DNA of 63,749 nucleotides, filler included. It is 4 parts of 4 records of this genome, joined end to end, with 100 filler letters (N's around TTAATTAATTAA, not from the genome) between each part and the next. Parts side by side here need not be neighbours in the genome. Positions count along the whole stretch, not along the records: positions 1 to 23,299 come from DRR723986_9362; 3 more parts are not named here. One strand, given 5' to 3'. This document shows positions 1-9,920 of the stretch, piece after piece. A program made the translations under genes and the position numbers. The notes beneath the pieces were generated by a model. It saw only the letters and a program-made list of their open reading frames with translations. It made no database searches and had not been told where the DNA came from. The stretch's first letter is position 1. The number at the start of each line of letters is the position of its first letter.

Positions 1-359
1 GTTCGCGGTTAATCCTCCGGAGGTTTAACAGATGTAACTTAAAACCAAAGGACATACCCAATCAAGCACTGTTTGCTAAAGTGCCCGCAGAACTGACTGA
101 ACGTCCACCTATGCTGTTTAATCGCATAGCACAATTCGCCTAAGACTTCAGCCGCAGAAGCAGAAGATATTCAGTCGGCATCAATCTCAGTGATTTCAGT
201 CTCTGAGACTTGAGGCGGACGCAGTGACTACAGACTCCGCTCTCAACTACAAACAAAAAACTCAAAAAAGCCTGAGACCAGCAGAGAACCGCAGGTGAAT
301 CAATGGGCTCAAAGCGCTCTTAAAAATGCCCCAAAACGCCGATTCCAGAGAATAATCGC

Positions 360-872
360 CTATTGTTCAGCCGCGCGGATCTCCGCTAAAACACGCGGAC
401 GCGCCCAGACTGCCGCAAACAAGAGTGCCAGCGAGATCACATTTACGCCAAACTGAACCAGCCCCAAGGGTGGGTCCGTGCTGAAGCCGAACTGACCGCC
501 AAGCACAAAATCGCCTTTGAGACCCACAAAATTATCGTAAAAAACGTAGTAGGCGCAGCCGATGTAAAAGTGAAATTGGGCGGCCACACCCGTGAAATAC
601 AGCGACTTGAGGAACAACCAGGGGTAAAACAGGATCCAGGCACGCGACTCCGCATTACGCGCGCGCCAGGCAAGTAAAAATGTGGCGATTGAAGCCATCG
701 CTACGGCAGCCAGTGACATCATCTCCGCCATGTCTTCGACCGGTGAGATGAAGTAGAGGCTGAAAATCACGAAGACATTGACCAGCCCAATCGCCGCCAA
801 AGTGATTTCGATGAGTGAGATTGCAAAAATTGTTTTATACGCAGCAGAGTCGCCGACGGGATTACGCACCAT
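360..872 (-). CDS. hypothetical membrane protein (about 4 hydrophobic segments)
   Basis: 170-aa ATG-started ORF with several long hydrophobic stretches; no family recognised. Confidence 0.55.
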   Translation of the reverse strand: MVRNPVGDSAAYKTIFAISLIEITLAAIGLVNVFVIFSLYFISPVEDMAEMMSLAAVAMASIATFLLAWRARNAESRAWILFYPWLFLKSLYFTGVAAQFHFYIGCAYYVFYDNFVGLKGDFVLGGQFGFSTDPPLGLVQFGVNVISLALLFAAVWARPRVLAEIRAAEQ

Positions 873-1211
873 AAATTTCCAGTTTGGGGCCGCACGGAAT
901 GCGGCCGGCTTGACAGACAGTGCCTACAGCTAGAGGGCCGGCGCCTACAAACCCACCGAATGAACCGAAGACGCCCAATTTCACAGCAGAATAACAAACT
1001 CCGCAAGACATTATTGCCACGGCTCTCAGGGAATAATCAACTCGCGCAGGTTCAGTCACCGAAACAGCAAAGAAATTCCCTTGCTGCCGTGTTTCCCGCT
1101 GAACCAGACAGGCGAGATCAACCGATTGAAGTAGTACCGGTTCGTACGGAAACTGAGCATTTATGCGCCGAGAAGACCGAATAAATCAGCCACGCATTCG
1201 TTGTAATTGGC

Positions 1212-2270
1212 ATGCCAACTCCCGAAAAACCGATCAAGGGCCGCGGTGCCGCCGCCAACCCCAGCCACCGATTTACCAGCATCGAATTGCTGCGTGACGA
1301 GCAGTGGAATGAGGAAGATCCGGCCCCCCAGACGCAGATATTGCGCGATGATGCCAGAAGCATTCTGGTACGTAATAACAGTCCCGACGTGCCCTTTGAA
1401 TACGGCATCAATCCATACCGCGGCTGCGAGCACGGCTGCATCTACTGTTATGCGCGCCCCTCACACGAATACTTTGGTTTTTCCGCCGGTGTGGACTTTG
1501 AGTCGAAAATCCTGGTAAAGGACAACGCGCCACAGATGCTGGCGCAGGAACTGAGCAAAAGCTCCTGGAAACCGCAGGTGATTGCCATCAGCGGCAATAC
1601 CGACGCCTATCAGCCGCTGGAACGACGCCTGAAAATCACACGGCAATGTCTGCAGGTGCTGCGTGATTTCCGCAACCCTGCAGCGATTATCACCAAAAAT
1701 GCGTTGTTAACACGCGACCTGGACCTGCTGCAGGACTTAAACAAATACGATGCCGTCGGCGTGATGATTTCGGTTACCTCGCTGGACCGTAAACTAACGC
1801 GCATCCTGGAACCGCGCACTTCACAGCCGGCCAAAAGGCTGCAAGCCATCAAAACTCTTGCCGAAGCCAGAATCCCCGTCGGTGTTATGGTCGCGCCCGT
1901 CATCCCCGGCATTACCGATCACGAGACGGCTGCAATTCTGGAAGCCGCCGCCGAGCACGGAGCCACGCGTGCCGGATATGTTAACCTGCGCCTGCCGCTG
2001 GCCGTGGCACCGCTGTTTGAATCCTGGCTGGAGCAGCACTTCCCCGATCGCAAAAATAAAGTCCTCAACCGCGTTAAATCCATGCGCGGCGGCAAACTTA
2101 ACAACACACAGTTCGGCGCACGCATGCGCGGCGAAGGCGCCTATGCCGACCTGTACTCCAAACAATTCAAGATTCTGTGTGATCGTTTCAACTTAAACAA
2201 ACAAGAACACAAGCCACTCAGCAGCGCGCACTTCCGGCGCTATAACGCCCAGCAAGATCAGCTCTGGTAG
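1212..2270 (+). CDS. PA0069/Rv2578c-family radical SAM protein (SplB-related, putative DNA repair)
   Basis: N-terminal KGRGA, INPYRGCEHGCIYCYARP (CxxxCxxC), SGNTDAYQP, LEPRT and PVIPG motifs. Confidence 0.9.
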   Translation: MPTPEKPIKGRGAAANPSHRFTSIELLRDEQWNEEDPAPQTQILRDDARSILVRNNSPDVPFEYGINPYRGCEHGCIYCYARPSHEYFGFSAGVDFESKILVKDNAPQMLAQELSKSSWKPQVIAISGNTDAYQPLERRLKITRQCLQVLRDFRNPAAIITKNALLTRDLDLLQDLNKYDAVGVMISVTSLDRKLTRILEPRTSQPAKRLQAIKTLAEARIPVGVMVAPVIPGITDHETAAILEAAAEHGATRAGYVNLRLPLAVAPLFESWLEQHFPDRKNKVLNRVKSMRGGKLNNTQFGARMRGEGAYADLYSKQFKILCDRFNLNKQEHKPLSSAHFRRYNAQQDQLW

Positions 2271-2350
2271 GGGCGGCGGCCACAAACCTAAAGTCAGGAA
2301 ACCACCCATTGTAGCGGCGCGCCACAGCAGCCGGCCCGGATGTGAATTGT

Positions 2351-2417
2351 TAAACAAATCAATCACATAGATTTAACCGACATCAAACAGGCAGGCAACA
2401 AACTCAGCGTATTTTTG
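2351..2417 (+). promoter_or_regulatory. Pho-box-like 11-bp-periodic repeat array followed by a Bacteroidota-type -7 promoter element
   Basis: TAAACA/ATCACA/TTAACC/CAAACA/GCAACA start at 2351, 2362, 2373, 2384 and 2395 (exact 11-bp period); TATTTTTG (TAnnTTTG) at 2410-2417. Confidence 0.5.
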
Positions 2418-2484
2418 GCCCTTTCTGTGCTTGCGCTCCCCACAATCGACTGCAATTATTTCACACTCCCGGGATGTTTCACAC

Positions 2485-3771
2485 ATGCGAACTCTTTTAC
2501 AACTGCGCTACTTCATGTTACTTGGCTTTGGCCTCCTGTTAACAACAGCCTGTGATGACGACGACGACAACAATGATGGCGGCTCGGATTTCCCCACAGA
2601 ACCCGTAGCGCTTGAACCGCGCACCGCGCTGGAGTCATTCGGTGACGTCACCGTCTGGAACGGCGGTTATGGTTCCGGAATGTCGCTCGACCCAACATCC
2701 GACCGCCACTTCTACATCATGACTGACCGCGGACCGAACTTTGACGGTGCCGACGGCGACTCCAAAGTTTTTCCGCTGCCGGACTTTAATCCCGTGATTG
2801 GCCGTTTTCAGCTGGCAAACGGCGAGCTAAACCTCGTCTCCAGCATCGTTCTTAAAGACGCGAGCGGCACACCGATCACCGGCCTGCCAAACCCCATCGG
2901 TGCCGGCGGAACAGGTGAAACCCCTTCCGACCTCAGCGGAAACATCCTCAACTTTGATCCGAATGGCCTCGACCCCGAAGGTCTGTTTTTCCTGGATGAC
3001 GGTACGTTCTGGGTCAGCGACGAATACGGCCCCTACATGATCCACTTTAACGCCAATGGCACAACCATTGAGCGCATCAGTCCATTCTCCGAAGGTCGCC
3101 GTCTGCCGCGCGTCCTCCAGAAGCGCCGCCCCAACCGCGGAATGGAAGGCCTGACGGTCACGCCGGACAACTCCAAAGTTGTCGGCATCATGCAGTCCTC
3201 GCTCGATAACCCCAGCCGCGACGTACGCTCGACGTCGCGGGTGACCCGCATCGTGCTATTCGACGTCAACAGCGGCAGCTCACAGATGTTCATCTACGAG
3301 CAGGAAGCTCCCGCACTCAGCAACAGTGCAATTGTGGCGCTCAGCAACACGACATTCCTGGTGCTGGAGCGCGACGGCAAATTCCAGAATGATGGCGCAG
3401 TCTACAAACGCATCTACAAAATCGATATCAGCAATGCTACCGACGTCCTTGGTGATGACGGCGAAAACGGCATGCTGCTCGACGGCAAAACACTCGAAGA
3501 AAGTTCACTTTCCGAAATCAGCGCCGCTGGCATCACCTCCGTCAGTAAAAGCCTGGTACTTGACCTGTTAACAGTTTCCGGCGGTTATCCGCACGACAAA
3601 CCCGAAGGTGTTGTGCTGATTAACAGTACGATGCTCGGCATCATCAACGATGATGACTTTGGTGTTGATGACAACGGCAATGGCGGCCTGATCCAGAAAG
3701 TTTTGCCCGGAACGACTGAGACCGACAGCAATCAAATGTACTTCGTGCGCCTCTCAACGCCAGTAATGTAA
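2485..3771 (+). CDS. phytase-like esterase family lipoprotein
   Basis: Lipobox LLTTA-C plus acidic tether; TDRGPN, LDPEG, WVSDEYGP, NRGMEGL, LERD, DKPEG and INDDDFG motifs; ATG 2485 preferred to TTG 2431. Confidence 0.88.
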   Translation: MRTLLQLRYFMLLGFGLLLTTACDDDDDNNDGGSDFPTEPVALEPRTALESFGDVTVWNGGYGSGMSLDPTSDRHFYIMTDRGPNFDGADGDSKVFPLPDFNPVIGRFQLANGELNLVSSIVLKDASGTPITGLPNPIGAGGTGETPSDLSGNILNFDPNGLDPEGLFFLDDGTFWVSDEYGPYMIHFNANGTTIERISPFSEGRRLPRVLQKRRPNRGMEGLTVTPDNSKVVGIMQSSLDNPSRDVRSTSRVTRIVLFDVNSGSSQMFIYEQEAPALSNSAIVALSNTTFLVLERDGKFQNDGAVYKRIYKIDISNATDVLGDDGENGMLLDGKTLEESSLSEISAAGITSVSKSLVLDLLTVSGGYPHDKPEGVVLINSTMLGIINDDDFGVDDNGNGGLIQKVLPGTTETDSNQMYFVRLSTPVM

Positions 3772-3849
3772 GTATTGGTCGCTTTCGCGCCTACTAAACT
3801 CACCGGCTAAACTGCTTGCTGAATTCGCCGGCAGAGGGCTTTAAACTAC

Positions 3850-3900
3850 AAACAGCGGGACGTGATGTTAACGTAACACGTCCCGCTGTTTTGTTTTATC
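3850..3900. terminator. intrinsic terminator, probably bidirectional
   Basis: 15-bp perfect inverted repeat AAACAGCGGGACGTG (3850-3864) / CACGTCCCGCTGTTT (3877-3891), then a T-rich run, between convergent genes. Confidence 0.8.
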
Positions 3901-3927
3901 GTGTCGCCGCATTCGGCGACTTGACAC

Positions 3928-6453
3928 TTAGTTGTCTGAGACCAGTGCGGCCGGCACTTCGGCGGCACGGCGGCTTCCGCGACCGTTGCCATTGTTGCTG
4001 CCGTTGTTGTTTCCATTGCGGCGGCCACGGCCCGAGCTACGCTCCTGACCATTTTTACGTACAGTCGCAGCCTGTGCATTGCTAACCGTCACACGCAGGG
4101 CGCGCAGCCCCGAGACTCCCTGCATCGCTTCCAGCTCAAAGGATTCGATCTGCGCTTCGATTTTGCCGATGCTCTGCAAGTAATTCAGGAATTCTTCATA
4201 CTCGCGCGCTTCTTTAGTCTGCGAATACACAATCGCGATTTTACCCGGCTGTGTTAAACGCTCGCCAGTGTCCTTGACGACGGCTTTATCAATCCGCTTT
4301 TTGATAATCTCATAACGAATGTTGTACGCGCCGTCCACATCAAACTGCTTTTCGTCCACGCGGAAGCGGATGGCCAGTGGCGTGTCCTGCACCAGAATCA
4401 AATGCGCCGAAGAGAGCGGCAGCGGTAATTCGCTACGCAAAGCATCGGTTTTCTGCACAACTTCACACATCACTTCCAGCTGCCACAAACGCAGATTCTT
4501 CAAATACATCCGGTCAAAGTAACCATCCGCATTCAGCGAAGCGCCCACGTACATGCCATGGTCAACACCATCACTTTTGTACTTTTCAAAGTAATGCGGG
4601 AACATCGCCTGCGCATTTTCCTGGGCGCGGTCCAGAATCAGGCCGACGGCGTCATTGATTTTGGCGACGCTCTCGTCAAACTCGCGACGCTTGCGGTAGA
4701 CGATGTTAACATCCGGAGAGAGGCTGTCGTAGTAAATCTGCACCGAACCATCCACCGTCTCGGAGAAGGTGCGCAGATGTGCAAACAGCGGTTCAACTTC
4801 ATTGCGCAGATAATCCAGAATCGAGAGCTCATCCCCCGATCCCAAATGCTCAAGCACCGAGTCCACCATCTTGCTCAGCCGGAAGCCCAACTCCTCAAAG
4901 ATTGGCATCGGTTTGACCGCAGCGGCGTTGCGCACAACGTCCAGCGCCAGACTCAACTGCCCAGCCAGATCATCGCGAATACATTCGTTGCGCTTGCTGC
5001 TCGAATTGCGAATGTCGGAGAGACCATAGAGTGGATACACATTCTCAAAAACGATCGGCTCCATCTCCGTCGTTACCGGCTCACCGGCATTGCCCTGCCC
5101 CAGTACGTTAACTGCGGCACGATGGAAACGCCATTCCACGGCAGGATGAATTGCCGTGCACTCGTTCTTGATAATCTGCTGAATATGCGCGTTCAGGTCA
5201 TCAACCGAACGGCTCATCGCCACCGAAAACAGTGGCAGCACGCGTTGCATCTTCAGGATGTTCAGGCTCGTCAGGTCGCCTGGGTTGGGTGAGGCCAGCT
5301 CAATCATCCCCAGCACTTCACCATCGTGCACCAGCGGTGCCACGGCCACATTGCGCAGCCCCGCCTCCATCAGCAGGGTCTCCATCGCCGTTAAATTCTC
5401 TACGCGGCTCAGGTCCGTTTCAACTACAAAACCGCCGCTTTGATAGGCGCGGTCGTAGACCGATCTCTGGAAGGCATCGCAGGTCAGCCCACAATCTTTG
5501 GTGATCACCAGGCTGCGCCCCAGGCGGCTGGCGAACATCATCATCGTGCCGTAGTCTTTGGCAAAGGGAGTAATCCCCAGGCGCAAATCCGGGCGGCGCA
5601 TGAAGTTGCGCATCGCACGCTCCAGGCGGTCAAACGACTCGGAACTCGTCAGCGCGTCAGACTCAATCAAACGATATTTGAGGCGTGAGAGGGTTTCCTG
5701 CTCACTTACGTCAATCGCCGTGAAAATCGAAATGCCATGGAATACAAAACGGTCCAGTGGCAGCATGCGCCCCCATTGCTCCAGATCCGTCGAATTTTTC
5801 ATTAAAGCGTCAAGGTCACAATCGTCCAGCTGCGGCAGCTCGCCCACAACCTCGATGTCCATAAAACGCAGATCAATTTCGCTCTGGAAATGCAGGTCCA
5901 GCCCCGTGTCCGGATTCGTCGCGGAAAAGACCCACGGCACTACGAACTCAAACTTCCGTCCGTAGAAACGCGTCAGAATCAAGCTGTAGGCATTCATGAT
6001 TTTAGCATGCATCACCACGTCGATGTCCATATTCACACGGAACATCTTCTCGGCATCACCCGCATCACCCGACACGTACTTGTGGAAGGTTTTGGTCGCA
6101 TAAATGACCTCGGTGGAAAACGGCCGGAAGGCACCAACCATCGCCGAAGCCTGTTGTGCTGGTGGCACGATTGCCGTCATCAGGCACTCAATCAGATCGC
6201 GGTGTTTTTCTACTGCACTTGGATCCACGGAAGGCTCCAGCAGTTCCGGTGCGGCTTCTGCCAGCTCCAGAATCTCACCTGCCATTTTCGAGTGCAGCCC
6301 GTCGGAATTCTGCACCATCTGCCGCCAAAAATCGATCAGCTTTTCAAAACTAAGCCGCGACTGCATGTGGATTCCACGCTCCGCCAAATACTCATCTATC
6401 GTACGCATATTCATCTGCGCACTACGTTCAAGTGGTAACGATTTCTTATCCAT
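3928..6453 (-). CDS. large GAF-domain protein with a putative divergent class III nucleotidyl cyclase C-terminal region (paralog 1)
   Basis: GAF signature GLRNVAVAPLVHDGEVLGMIELAS; C-terminal YPLYGLSDIRNSS, EKYKSDG, FDVDGAYN and ERLTQPGKIAIVYS; ATG 6453 (TTG 6486 possible). GAF call is firm, cyclase call is inference. Confidence 0.8.
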   Translation of the reverse strand: MDKKSLPLERSAQMNMRTIDEYLAERGIHMQSRLSFEKLIDFWRQMVQNSDGLHSKMAGEILELAEAAPELLEPSVDPSAVEKHRDLIECLMTAIVPPAQQASAMVGAFRPFSTEVIYATKTFHKYVSGDAGDAEKMFRVNMDIDVVMHAKIMNAYSLILTRFYGRKFEFVVPWVFSATNPDTGLDLHFQSEIDLRFMDIEVVGELPQLDDCDLDALMKNSTDLEQWGRMLPLDRFVFHGISIFTAIDVSEQETLSRLKYRLIESDALTSSESFDRLERAMRNFMRRPDLRLGITPFAKDYGTMMMFASRLGRSLVITKDCGLTCDAFQRSVYDRAYQSGGFVVETDLSRVENLTAMETLLMEAGLRNVAVAPLVHDGEVLGMIELASPNPGDLTSLNILKMQRVLPLFSVAMSRSVDDLNAHIQQIIKNECTAIHPAVEWRFHRAAVNVLGQGNAGEPVTTEMEPIVFENVYPLYGLSDIRNSSSKRNECIRDDLAGQLSLALDVVRNAAAVKPMPIFEELGFRLSKMVDSVLEHLGSGDELSILDYLRNEVEPLFAHLRTFSETVDGSVQIYYDSLSPDVNIVYRKRREFDESVAKINDAVGLILDRAQENAQAMFPHYFEKYKSDGVDHGMYVGASLNADGYFDRMYLKNLRLWQLEVMCEVVQKTDALRSELPLPLSSAHLILVQDTPLAIRFRVDEKQFDVDGAYNIRYEIIKKRIDKAVVKDTGERLTQPGKIAIVYSQTKEAREYEEFLNYLQSIGKIEAQIESFELEAMQGVSGLRALRVTVSNAQAATVRKNGQERSSGRGRRNGNNNGSNNGNGRGSRRAAEVPAALVSDN

Positions 6454-6539
6454 AAGCTCAGGCTCTGGGTAGATTGTCCGCGGCAAGATCGCTCTGGACA
6501 GCTTAAGGCCTTTACGCTTTGCGTAGGCCGGCTTGATTT

Positions 6540-9059
6540 TTATGTTTTGCTCTGATCCGTCAGCGAGGAGCTGTCAAACGAAGCCACAAGTTCTTGCAGG
6601 CTTCCATTCTCGCTCGCGCCGGCAGCACCATCAACAGTCGCGGCCGCTGCGGCAGCGTCCTGCTGTCCATTACGTACAATCGGTTCGCAGGCATTAGGAC
6701 ATACATTGACGCGCAAAGCCTGCATTCCTTGAATTCCCTGCACAGAGTCCAGCTCAAGAGACTCAATTTCCGCTTCCAGATAACCAGCCGACTGCAGGTA
6801 TTCAAAGTATTCGCGATACTCAAACGCGGCTTTGGGCTGAGAGAAGACGACAGCAATCGCTCCAGGTTGCGTCAATCTTTCCTCGGTGCCGCGAATTTTG
6901 ACTTTATCGATGCGTTTTTTGATGATTTCGTAGCGCAAATTGTACGCACCATCAACGTCGAACTTCTTATCGTCCAGTCGGAAACGAACCGAAAGCGGCT
7001 CGTCATGCACCAACACTAAATGTGAAGTCTCCAGCGGAATCAGTAGCTCGGTCGCCAGCATCTGTGTGCGGCGCGCTACGCGGCAGAGCAGCAGCAACTG
7101 CCACAGGCGCAGGTTGCGCAGATACATGCGGTCAAAACCATCGCGTTCCACCAGCGATGCACCAACGTACATCACGTGTTCCACGCCGTCGGTTTTATAC
7201 TTTTCAAAATAGTGCGGGAACATTTCCTGCGCGCGATCCTGCTCATAATCCAGTAAGGTCGAAATCTCGTCGTTTAGCCGCATCAGCGAGAGGTCAAAGT
7301 CGCGGCGGCGGGCATATACCATGCCTACCGTCGGGTCAATTGAGGCCACGTAGGTATCAATAGCTGCAGCCACGTCCTCACCAAATCCGCGCAGGCGTTC
7401 AAACACCGATTCGATATTCTCGCGCAGAAAGTTCACGATTCCGGACTCATCACCGGAAACTACGCCACGGCTTATGTGGCTGATATGTTCTTCGGTGCGA
7501 TGTTTAATCTCGCGCAGAATCGGCATTGGCTCGCGGTCTAATGCTTTTTCGACCACTCGCAGCGCCATCTGTAGTTGCTTGAGCAGGTCGCTCTGGATCG
7601 CCTGATTGCGCAACTTGGAGGAATCGCGCACATCACTCAGGCCGTAGAGCGGAAAGACATCATCAAACACCAGGTCGCGCATTTGTGCCGTGGCGTCATT
7701 ACCGCGCTCTTCCAGCAGCTTAAAAGCCGCCGAACGGAAACGCCACTCCACCGTAGGGTGGATTGACGTGTATTCTTCCTTAATCAGCGCTTCCACGTGA
7801 TTGTTGAGCTCATCTGCACTGCGATCCAGCGCCACCGCAAACAGGGGCAGCAGGTCGCGAATTTTTATCAGATTGACGGTGTTAAAGTCATGCGCGTCCG
7901 GGCTGCCCAGCTCTAACATGCCCACCATCTGGCCATCGTGCAGCAGCGGCGCTACCACCACATTGCGCAGGCCCAGCTGGCGGAAACGTTCTTCCAGAAC
8001 GCCACAAGAGTCCAAAGTCTCCAGATCGTCAATTATCTCAACTTTACCCGAGCGGGCGGCACTGCCATACAAAGACTCAAGGACGGACTCCGATGTTGCC
8101 AGGCACTCATGTGTCAGCGCCAGGCTGCGTCCCAACTGACGCGAAAGTCCAAGTGTGTTGTCCAGGCCGGCGGCATAGGCTGCCACTCCCAGGCGCATCG
8201 TGGGCCGTTTCAGGTAGGCACGCACCTTATTTTCCAGTTCGGTAAAAACCGCCTCGGAGCTGAGCGCCCCCTTTTGGAGCAGGTCAAAGCGCATACCGGA
8301 AAGCATTTCCTGGTCGGTTATGTCCGTGGCATGCATGATGGTAAAACCGCGCATCTCAAAGTTTTCCGGTGGCAGAATGCGCAGCCAAACATCCAGGTTT
8401 GTCATGTTCGTGCGTAGCTCGGCCAGTTCGGCTTCACTGAGTTCCTTGTGCTCACCGTGCTCGATAATGTCTATGAAGCGCGGATCAATCATGATTTTGT
8501 AGTGCCGCTCCAGCCCGGTATCCGGATCGGGAGCCACAAAAACGACGGGAAACTCAAAGCGTAGGTTCACACCATAAACCTTGCCCATGATCGCTACATA
8601 CATGTGCACCATGCGCGCCAGGAACATCTGCTGTTCCTCAAAGTTCATCGTGAAGTTTATTTCGCCTTCACGCAGGCGCAGGTAGCGATTGAAGTTTTCG
8701 GTAGTAAACAGCGGCTGCATGTCCAGTGGTGAGACCGCCGCAATCAGATGGCGCTCCCAGGCTCCCGGAGCTATGATGCCCGAAAACAGGAAATCTACCA
8801 GGGGTCTGTGTTTTTCTATTACTGTGACATCAGTGATGACGCCATGCAGCTCTTCGCACTGCTCCACGAGTTCAAACAGGCGCTGCCATTCGGCTTTGAG
8901 CGGATGGTCGGTTTTGAGAAGTCGGTTGCGCCAAAAATCGCGCAGGCTGTCCAGACTCAGGGTTTGGCTGAGTGGTTTTTCAGCGGTCCCGGAATAGTGA
9001 AACAGCTTGACTTCCTGCAGGCTTGCTTCGTTTCCTGTTTGCATACGTTGGCTCGGCAC
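6540..9059 (-). CDS. large GAF-domain protein with a putative divergent class III nucleotidyl cyclase C-terminal region (paralog 2)
   Basis: Collinear with the adjacent gene along its length: GLRNVVVAPLLHDGQMVGMLELGS, FPLYGLSDVRDSS, EKYKTDG, FDVDGAYN, ERLTQPGAIAVVFS; start GTG 9059 or ATG 9044. Confidence 0.8.
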   Translation of the reverse strand: MPSQRMQTGNEASLQEVKLFHYSGTAEKPLSQTLSLDSLRDFWRNRLLKTDHPLKAEWQRLFELVEQCEELHGVITDVTVIEKHRPLVDFLFSGIIAPGAWERHLIAAVSPLDMQPLFTTENFNRYLRLREGEINFTMNFEEQQMFLARMVHMYVAIMGKVYGVNLRFEFPVVFVAPDPDTGLERHYKIMIDPRFIDIIEHGEHKELSEAELAELRTNMTNLDVWLRILPPENFEMRGFTIMHATDITDQEMLSGMRFDLLQKGALSSEAVFTELENKVRAYLKRPTMRLGVAAYAAGLDNTLGLSRQLGRSLALTHECLATSESVLESLYGSAARSGKVEIIDDLETLDSCGVLEERFRQLGLRNVVVAPLLHDGQMVGMLELGSPDAHDFNTVNLIKIRDLLPLFAVALDRSADELNNHVEALIKEEYTSIHPTVEWRFRSAAFKLLEERGNDATAQMRDLVFDDVFPLYGLSDVRDSSKLRNQAIQSDLLKQLQMALRVVEKALDREPMPILREIKHRTEEHISHISRGVVSGDESGIVNFLRENIESVFERLRGFGEDVAAAIDTYVASIDPTVGMVYARRRDFDLSLMRLNDEISTLLDYEQDRAQEMFPHYFEKYKTDGVEHVMYVGASLVERDGFDRMYLRNLRLWQLLLLCRVARRTQMLATELLIPLETSHLVLVHDEPLSVRFRLDDKKFDVDGAYNLRYEIIKKRIDKVKIRGTEERLTQPGAIAVVFSQPKAAFEYREYFEYLQSAGYLEAEIESLELDSVQGIQGMQALRVNVCPNACEPIVRNGQQDAAAAAATVDGAAGASENGSLQELVASFDSSSLTDQSKT

Positions 9060-9227
9060 TGAAATGGTACGATCGAAGTCCAGCTAAATAGCATCTTTTT
9101 CAATGCCAAAGCAAACGTTTTAGCACCTGATAAAGTGCCCCAGCCATTAGGAGAGTTATAGCGCAGTCCGTTTGGTGCTCTGGGGACAGCTACGTTTCAT
9201 CCAAACCTGATGTCTGAGTTTGCATAA

Positions 9228-9875
9228 TCAGACATATGAGATAGTGATCGTAAAACCGATTCTTTGTGGTCTAATCTCGTACTCCGGCTTAATGATCACT
9301 TCCAGCAGATTAATGAAGTATTCCAGCGTGATTGTTCTGTTTTGTGCGTTGACGGAACCGCGTACATCAACGGTATAACCCTGTTTGGGGTCTCCAAAAC
9401 CATTGCTCTCACCCAGTCTAACGCCTTCTGGAACTTCCAGGCTGAAGGGGTAAACACCAAGCTGAATAGCGTTTCCGGGTTCCAGAACCCTTGTCTCTCC
9501 GTCCAGGATCAATCTTGAAAAGTTCATGTCTATTCTGGTGATGTAGAGCTGCTGATCCAAAAAATCGCTCTCCAAATCGGCCACGGCACCGAATCTGATA
9601 AGTGCAGATATTGGGTCATCCGGATCGCTGAGTTGCAGTTGCGGCTCCTGTTCGCTGTCAATCACATACTTAACTGGAATTTCGCCTTCGTCAATCGTCA
9701 GGCGAAATTCAGCCGAAAACTCTTCGACATCCGCAAAATCGATTGGATCCAGATCTACCGAACGCGGCGTGGTGATATCGTCAGACTGCGCGCAGGCGCC
9801 CAGGAGCAGGACCATCGCCAAGGTTGGCAGTAGCAGAGCGTAAAAACGGCGAATATTCACGGAATCAAGCCTCAT
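9228..9875 (-). CDS. hypothetical lipoprotein
   Basis: Signal peptide with lipobox LLLGA-C; beta-rich acidic mature region; third gene of the ECF cassette. Confidence 0.7.
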   Translation of the reverse strand: MRLDSVNIRRFYALLLPTLAMVLLLGACAQSDDITTPRSVDLDPIDFADVEEFSAEFRLTIDEGEIPVKYVIDSEQEPQLQLSDPDDPISALIRFGAVADLESDFLDQQLYITRIDMNFSRLILDGETRVLEPGNAIQLGVYPFSLEVPEGVRLGESNGFGDPKQGYTVDVRGSVNAQNRTITLEYFINLLEVIIKPEYEIRPQRIGFTITISYV

Positions 9876-9920
9876 TAATTAAGCGCACTAACAGCTGGAC
9901 AAACGAGTATTGGCATAGTA

